Source of the DNA: Eledone cirrhosa
Lineage: Eukaryota
Reading direction: 5' to 3'
Assembly: GCA_964016885.1 (NCBI GenBank)
Contig: OZ024755.1
Coordinates: 26,040,001-26,104,000, forward strand
DNA length: 64,000 nt
The translations under genes and the position numbers were made by a program. A model generated the notes under the pieces. It ran no database searches, was not told the origin of the DNA, and saw only the letters and a program-made list of their open reading frames with translations. Shown here in pieces: positions 56,740 to 64,000 of the stretch; the stretch's first letter is position 1; each line of letters opens with the position of its first letter.

Positions 56740-57060
56740 TGTAGTGTCTTTCGTCAGAACAATGGTGATGAAAGGATTAAAGACATAGGCAGCGTTTTTC
56801 ATTAGAAATATGGGAATCAAAAGATTAAAACCATAGGCAGTGTCTTTCATTAGAAATATGGGAATCAAAAGATTAAAACCATAGGCAGTATCTTCCATTA
56901 GAAATATGGGAATCAAAAGATTAAAACCATAGGCAGTATCTTTCATTAGAAATATGGGAATCAAAAGATTAAAACCATAGGCAGTATCTTTCATTAGAAA
57001 TATGGGAATCAAAAGATTAAAACCATAGGCAGTGTCTTTCATTAGAAATATGGGAATGAA
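56740..57060. repeat. 48-bp minisatellite (dispersed relatives at ~2050, ~35480, ~41450)
   Basis: AAAGATTAAAACCATAGGCAGT(G/A)TCTTTCATTAGAAATATGGGAATCA, ~6 copies. Confidence 0.9.
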
Positions 57061-57412
57061 AGAGTTTGACATAAGCAGTGACTTTCTCTCATAACTCAAG
57101 ATACGAAGACCTATCTTTCCTACAGCTTTGCTATTTTATTTTTTAGATAGTTATCTCCCTTGCATAATTTATAATGTCAGTATCAGTAGAGGGTAGGATA
57201 ACATGCTTTGAGGTATACAGTTACGACCCTTTACGTTCTGTGTTCAAATCCTGCCAAAATAAATGTGCATAAGGGAAAGCGGCTCTTCTGCAGTACAGCA
57301 TAACGCCAGAGATCTCAATCATCATGAGTCATCTCCTTTATATATATAATTATTATTATTATTATTATCACTATTTGTACAAATATGCAACTTAACAATA
57401 TTCTGCATATCC

Positions 57413-57450
57413 GCAATTGACAATGCATATAATGCTGAAACCGGTATTGT
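57413..57450 (+). ncRNA. Degenerate hammerhead ribozyme relic
   Basis: GCAA-TTGACAA-T-GCAT/ATGC-T-GAA-ACCGGT-A-TTGT; helices intact, core has two transitions. Confidence 0.4.
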
Positions 57451-57668
57451 AAATAAATTTAATATTTTGCATATCATCGACATTGCTATTCCGCTGTTAA
57501 TAAACAACGCTTTTCACGTCGCTCCACTTCTCATTGTACGCCGTCCAGCGCCAAGTACATATTTCTATTTTTCCTGAAACTGGTTCTTTATAATAAACTT
57601 TCAATAATATTTTTCAAATTATTAACTTAATAAAAAATGGCCCCGGGTGCAACCGGGCTCAGCTGCTA

Positions 57669-57742
<74 letters not shown>

Positions 57743-58779
57743 AATGAATAATAACAGGTAGACATCATAAAAAGGTAATTTATTCCGTGTGCTTACAAAT
57801 GTTTCCACGGTGGTACTACAGCCTAGTTATGCTACGTGCAAATTTACAACTATTTGCAGAACTCAAATATCCAATGCTGTGACCACTGTATCCTCAGAGA
57901 AGAATGCACATAGCATAACTAGGCTGTAGTACCACCGTGGAAACATTTGTAACCACACGGAATAAATTACCTTTTTATGATGTCTACCTGTTATTATTCA
58001 TTCTTTATATACACTCCGGAATACAGAAGGATCAGGAACTAAGTTTCTTCAACAATTCTTCCATAACTCGTAGAGTAACCTCTCACCGTACGTCAACCAT
58101 ATCCAGTGTAGTAATTAACCATTACTACATCTAGGATACTGAGGTTGAGTTATTTTATTTTTATCTGGCTGCCTATTGATAAACACAGAAAAACTTGATT
58201 AACTCACTGCTAATTAGATAATTATTTTACTATTATACCATCCTTTGTGAAACATGTTTGAAGTTTGAAGTTCTGACCGATCTGCGGAAAAAGTTTGTAT
58301 TTTGAATTTTAAACGTGTCTAGGTACCAAGGCTTTTTGCCCATATGAGTCTGTGAGTATTGATTTATTATTTTCTAGATCGTACAGGCAGACCTTATGTT
58401 GTTGAATTAAGATTTTTCACTCTAGCGATCTTATTAGTCAATTGCAACTATAACATGTAAATGTTCATCAAATATTAATTTATACTGCTTAGAAGCGATT
58501 CCTAGAGCTGAAATGATTGTAAATGACCTCTCTGAGTCTAAACTCTAAGCTATTTATTTATATATATATATATATATTTATTAAAATACCAGATTAAAGT
58601 TTAAGCAAATAATCGCTGCTTTCACCCTTAACGGGATCTTCTGAAATAACGGTTTTTATATATAATCCTTATCGAAGCCACTTCGGATTTTGGTCATCAC
58701 ATTTTTTATTATTACTATATATATATATATGTGTGTGTGTGTAAATAATCCGAGGCCATATTCATTTGGTTCAGGTTTA

Positions 58780-58837
58780 CCGTCTGAGGAGCTCTGGCTG
58801 TCATAACTAATAGTCCTCAGCGAAATATATATAACGG
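58780..58837 (+). ncRNA. Minimal type I hammerhead ribozyme
   Basis: CCGT-CTGAGGA-GCT...AGC-GAA-A-TATATA-T-A-ACGG: helix I CCGT/ACGG, full core, helix II, palindromic helix III, AUA cleavage triplet. Confidence 0.8.
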
Positions 58838-58990
58838 ATTTAATAAACCTGAACCAAATGAATATGGCCTCGGGGGTTTTATTGATATATAATGCTCCGC
58901 CCTGCACTTTTATACAGGTCGTTGAGCGCTTTCTTTTAACTACTTCGCAACCCACAGACCATTACGTGGTCCACACTATAGGTTGACCCC

Positions 58991-59049
<59 letters not shown>

Positions 59050-59142
59050 GGGATTCGAAACCGATCGGTAAAGGTAACTATAGTAGGTAAAGTCAATTTT
59101 TTAAAATTTATTTTGAAACTTTTTCATTATTTACTAAACCTT

Positions 59143-59173
<31 letters not shown>

Positions 59174-59421
59174 ATGTAGGAGGTGAGTTTTATTGTAGCA
59201 CAATCAAGCAATGCAAATATCGGATAAGTAGCACTCAACAGTTTATAAGACTGGAGTATAAATAATATAAAATCAAAAGATGGTTAAAAGAGTTTCATGT
59301 ATTTTATTATGCGCATTTCAAAAACAAATATCATCATGGGATAATATTTGCGTTCTCAACATATGTTGATTTAACACTTCACTGCTCGTAAGTGTTTTTT
59401 AAGTTTCATATCATGTCTCTC

Positions 59422-59492
59422 TATTTTATCTGATGAGAACGCAAATATCATCCCATGATGATATTTGTTTTTGAAATGCGCATAATAAAATA
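59422..59492 (+). ncRNA. Minimal type I hammerhead ribozyme
   Basis: TATTTTAT-CTGATGA-[CAAATATCATC/GATGATATTTG stem]-GAA-ATGCGCAT-A-ATAAAATA: 8-bp helix I, palindromic helix III ATGCGCAT, AUA site. Confidence 0.8.
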
Positions 59493-59616
59493 CATGAAAC
59501 TCTTTTAACCATCTTTTGATTTTATATTATTTATACTCCAGTCTTATAAACTGTTGAGTGCTACTTATCCGATATTTGCATTGCTTTATTGTGCTACAAT
59601 AAAACTCACCTCCTAC

Positions 59617-59661
<45 letters not shown>

Positions 59662-59817
59662 TAAGGGGTCAACCTATAGTGTGGACCACGTAATGGTCTG
59701 TGGGTTGCGAAGTAGTTAAAAGAAAGCGCTCAACGACCTGTATAAAAGTGCAGGGCGGAGCATTATATATCAATAAAATCCCCGAGGCCATATTCATTTG
59801 GTTCAGGTTTATTAAAT

Positions 59818-59875
59818 CCGTTATATATATTTCGCTGAGGACTATTAGTTATGACAGCCAGAGCTCCTCAGACGG
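59818..59875 (-). ncRNA. Minimal type I hammerhead ribozyme (inverted copy of 58780-58837)
   Basis: Reverse complement of the 58780 motif, in the right arm of the palindrome. Confidence 0.8.
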
Positions 59876-59912
59876 TAAACCTGAACCAAATGAATATGGC
59901 CTCGGATTATTT

Positions 59913-59970
<58 letters not shown>

Positions 59971-60714
59971 ATAATAAAAAATGTGATGACCAAAATCCGA
60001 AGAGGCTTCGATAAGGATTATATATAAAAACCGTTATTTCAGAAGATCCCGTTAAGGGTGAAAGCAGCGATTATTTGCTTAAACTTTAATCTGGTATTTT
60101 AATAAATATATATATATATATTAGGTATAGGATTATCCTAGATGTAGTAATGGTTAATTACTACACTGGATATGGTTGACGTACGGTGAGAGGTTACTCT
60201 ACGAGTTATGGAAGAATTGTTGAAGAAACTTAGTTCCTGATCCTTCTGTATTCCGGAGTGTATATAAAGAATGAATAATAACAGGTAGACATCATAAAAA
60301 GGTAATTTATTCCGTGTGGTTACAAATGTTTCCACGGTGGTACTACAGCCTAGTTATGCTATGTGCATTCTTCTCTGAGGATACAGTGGTCACAGCATTG
60401 GATATTTGAGTTCTGCAAATAGTTGTAAATTTACATTGCCTTTGTCAGTGTTGAACAAAAGGGCAACGATGGTTGCTAAACACTGTACGGCTTAATTCGG
60501 GATGTTTGTTTACAAACAAACCGAGCATTATAATAAATGTTCGGTAAATCCATACGTACATATATATATATGTGTGCATGTATGTATATATATATACATA
60601 CTACTGTACGTCTGTATACATATATGTATGTACGTATACATACTTATATTTAAGTAACAGCCGTACTAAGAGTGAGAAATGAAATTTCGTTTCATTTTTT
60701 CCACACACACACAC

Positions 60715-60764
<50 letters not shown>

Positions 60765-60802
60765 CAAATAGTTTTATCGCTCTACATGGCTGAATACAAT
60801 AA

Positions 60803-61376
60803 ATGTAATCTGAGCTTTTCGAATATTAATAATAATATTCGGTTCGTTTGCAATTATGCAAACAGCCTCTTTAAACCATGTTAGTAGAATAACCTCATCT
60901 TTCTTGCTCTTGTTATTTCTGCGAGGTCGCCCAACCGAGTACTAGCTGCTTCTGTTGTTAGGATTTCACTTTCACTTGTTCACATTACATCTATGATTTT
61001 ATTTCGTTTTGCGACCATTGACTTTGTATTAAACAACAACATATTAATATTTATTTTTAATCTAATTCGGAGAAGGTCAAAATCTACACGCCTTAAAGAG
61101 GCTGTTTGCATAATTGCGAACGAATCGAATATTACTAATATTCGAAAAAGGGTTTGGCAGTATCGATAGAGGGTTGAACGCCATGCTTTGAGGCATAGAA
61201 TTATGGCCTTTTATGATCTGAGTTCAAATCCCGCAGAGGTTAACTTTACCTTTACAGGGTCGATAAAATAAAATACCAGTCACTCACTGGGATCGATTTA
61301 ATCGACTTTTCCCTCCCCCAAAATTGCTGGCTTTGTGCCTATATAAGAAACCATTATTAATATTCGAAAGGCTCAG

Positions 61377-61382
<6 letters not shown>
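60803..61382. mobile_element. Foldback element with ~70-bp arms; right arm split by a SINE-B insertion
   Basis: Left arm ATGTAATCTGAGC..TTCGAATATT..CAAACAGCCTCTTTAA; right arm resumes after the SINE, with ATTA(C/T)TAATATTCGAAA duplicated on both sides of it. Confidence 0.7.
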
Positions 61383-61438
<56 letters not shown>

Positions 61439-62228
61439 AAGAGGGAGATCCGTGGTGATGCAACACTCTGGCCATCCAGATTAAGCCGATGTAGTTCAAC
61501 TATCAAATTTATTTCAAGCCAATTCTAAAATGTCTTTAAAATAAACTCTGGAAACATTTTGTAGCTGGAGTCTTTATTTTCCACTTCTTTCTTGGCAACA
61601 TCTGCAATAATATTGGTACGAAGCGACTGAGAGTACAAGACTCCCTTTTGGACAGGATGTCAATTCATTGCAGGTTTAAACCTCCAGCTATTGCTGTTGG
61701 TACTCATTTTCAGCTGCGTGTACTGGAACAATATGAAATGAAGTGTTTTGTTCAAGAACACAACACACAACCCAAACCAGGAATCGAACCCACGATATTA
61801 TGATTGTAAGTCCAACACCCTTGCCACCAGGCCACGCGTCTCCACTTTCAATGTAGAAAAGCAGCAGTGAAAACAACGCCTTCATCAAAATAAGACAGAA
61901 TGGTCACGTCTGTTCAACAGCAATCCTCAAATGCAGTTGAGGTAACTGAGACCAACATACGCATGTAGGGTCTCTACAACCACTGGTCACCCAAATAACG
62001 GAAAATAAGACATTCTTGTTTTTAAATTGCAGATTAAATTGTCACACGAGAAAAAAGAATGCTGTCGACAATACTTTGCAAGGACGATAACTCTTATTTC
62101 AAGTAAACGTCAATACCACTAGACAGTGTTGTTGTCAATTGAACATCTATATATATAGATATATCTGAAGGAGTGCTGAGATTCAAAATACATTTTACGA
62201 AGTTGGTTATTTACCTAGTTGTGATCTG

Positions 62229-62363
62229 ATGTATACTATAACTAAAGTTGTTTTCTTTTGTATGTTGATATGTTGTTTACTATCATTTTGTTTTGCTGCA
62301 ACGTCCTGTCCATGTTTCAAGCCAGCGCTATGTGATGTTGTAAAGAATTCTGAACGCAATGAG
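62229..62363 (+). CDS. CTBS: Di-N-acetylchitobiase-like gene, exon 1 (signal peptide + CPC..PALC motif)
   Basis: MYTITKVVFFCMLICCLLSFCFAATSCPCFKPALCDVVKNSERNE then GTAAAT donor; resembles the chitobiase N-terminus CPCPEPELC...E. The rest of the gene lies beyond the window. Confidence 0.72.
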
Positions 62364-63059
62364 GTAAATATACTAAGACTAAATAATTGTTTCTACTTTA
62401 GGCGCAATGCATGCAATTACGCAGGTGCTTTAGTGGTGCTTTATTTTATCGACCCCGATAAAATAAAGCAAAGCTATCCTCGGCTGCATTTGAACTCAGA
62501 ACTTAAGGGGCAATTAAATTACATAGATGTTGTTTAACCCCAGATCACTCCTTGGTTGGGAAGATCTATGACCAAAGGCGCTTCATCCTGTCCCATTTCC
62601 AACTTTTTGTAAACCTAGGACTTCACTGACTAATGTGTTCTTCCTTTTTCGTTAAAACGAAGTTAATTTTGTTTTTTTAAACAACAACATATCAATATTT
62701 ATTTTTAATCTAATTCGAAGAGGGTCAAAATCTATCAAGAAAAAAATGAACAACAAAAATAATAAAAAAATTTTTGTGTGTTTTTGTTGCAGAGTTTTTG
62801 TTTTGATCTCTCTTCGGATTTGTAGACAAAACACAAAAAGGACTTGTTTTATTTTACGTAGATTTGGCCGTTATCTATTCAAATTAATCGTTTGAAATAC
62901 CAGACATCGCTGAGTGGTTAAGGAGTTCATTTCACAACCATCTTGTTCCGGGCTCTGTATTGCTGCACAGCACTTTGAGCAAGTACCCCGAAAGGGCTCT
63001 GGAAATAACCAGTTAAATAAGGTACTCAATACGTTAGTTGAGAATACCCGTGGCCAACG

Positions 63060-63520
63060 TTGATGGCCTACTCAGCCTGGACGAGCTTCGTGTCTTCATC
63101 GCCCTCAGGGTGGGAGCTAAAGTCTGCATGGGTTTGAGGTGCCGATGCGACAAAATCCTCGACTCCACGGTTTTTCTTGCCGCCTGAATGGCGGCCGCTT
63201 CGCGCTCACACGGAGCTAAACCTCATTCTGAAGAGAGCTTTGCCTGGGCGAATATCCCCTCAGTCTTGGAAGCATCTGGTTTGTCCAGAAGTGACGGCAA
63301 AAGACCTGACGGTCTTACCCTGTGCCCCTGGTCGAGAGGCAGGTGCCTTGTCTGGGACGTCACCGTTAGTGACTCTTTTGCTCTTTCCCCCTGGATGCTG
63401 CGGTTAGGACGAGAGCCACAGCTTCCGCAGCCGAGCGGAGTAAGACCCTCAAATACTCTGATCTGTCGGCGAGCTACATTTTTCAGCGCATCAGCCGAGG
63501 CAACGCTGCGAGTGTGCATA
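63060..63520 (+). mobile_element. CRE/R2-like (RLE) non-LTR fragment
   Basis: [39 protein letters not shown]. Confidence 0.8.
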
Positions 63521-63944
63521 TGGTGGCTGGTACAAACACTACACTTGTGACAATTATTGACACATAGTGCTGGGCCCATGCCACCATGTGACGACAAGTG
63601 CAGAGAGATCTCCAGATATAAAGCAGTGCCTGTGCCGTGAAGCTTTTATAGTGAGCAAAGGCACTGCACAAAGCCAGTCCCACTCTCTTAACCAAGATGA
63701 TATTTACCAAAAAGAAGAACAAGTCAACATCATTGGATACCACCAGGGTTGCAGGTGTTATATCAGAGTTTTCCTTCTAGAATTCTGCCTTGACAAGGCT
63801 AAGGGGTCATCTCTCCCGGTGATTTTGGATATATATATATATACACATATATATATATATACACACATATATATACACATATATATATATATATATATGT
63901 GTGTATATATATATACACATATATACATATATATACATACATAT

Positions 63945-64000
<56 letters not shown>

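Larger units (their letters stand above)
57738..60432. repeat. Nested ~2.6-kb imperfect palindrome built from (TA)n-separated foldback modules
   Basis: 57840-58138 = revcomp 60134-60432; ~58577-58994 = revcomp ~59660-60106; 59172-59358 = revcomp 59434-59620; extra hairpin 57738-57840/57905-58010. The mirrored ORFs in the ORF track confirm this. Confidence 0.92.

Noticed and set aside
60035-60075. CAGAAGA-TCCC..GGGT-GAAA hammerhead-like motif (mirror at ~58612-58645)
   Set aside because: Core mismatch and no helix I or helix III pairing.
57937-60335. Duplicated 65-aa and ~100-aa ORFs on opposite strands
   Set aside because: By-products of the palindrome; GTG starts, microsatellite content, no recognisable domain.

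Overview
AT-rich, microsatellite-dense eukaryotic DNA. The SINE, RTE and (TA)n landscape suggests a cephalopod, probably an octopod; this is inference, no search was run. Contents: (1) two probable 3' coding exons of an unidentified + strand gene (6269-6322, 9395-9451); (2) a complete 24-exon TTC27 gene on the - strand (45942->16153) that splices by GT-AG into an intact 840-aa frame; (3) five intron-containing tRNA-Tyr(GTA) genes (48.3-55.6 kb) with identical mature sequences and different introns; (4) the first exon of a di-N-acetylchitobiase (CTBS)-like gene at 62229; (5) many TE remnants (RTE LINEs, CRE/RLE-type fragments, two tRNA-derived SINE families, hAT/piggyBac/mariner MITEs). The most notable unexplained structure is a set of minimal type I hammerhead ribozymes with palindromic helix III, mostly inside (TA)n-flanked foldback elements. 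Three of them lie in a ~2.6-kb nested palindrome (57.8-60.4 kb). Separately, TTC27 splice junctions are repeatedly tandem-duplicated into the flanking introns. All coordinates were read by eye; TE boundaries are approximate.
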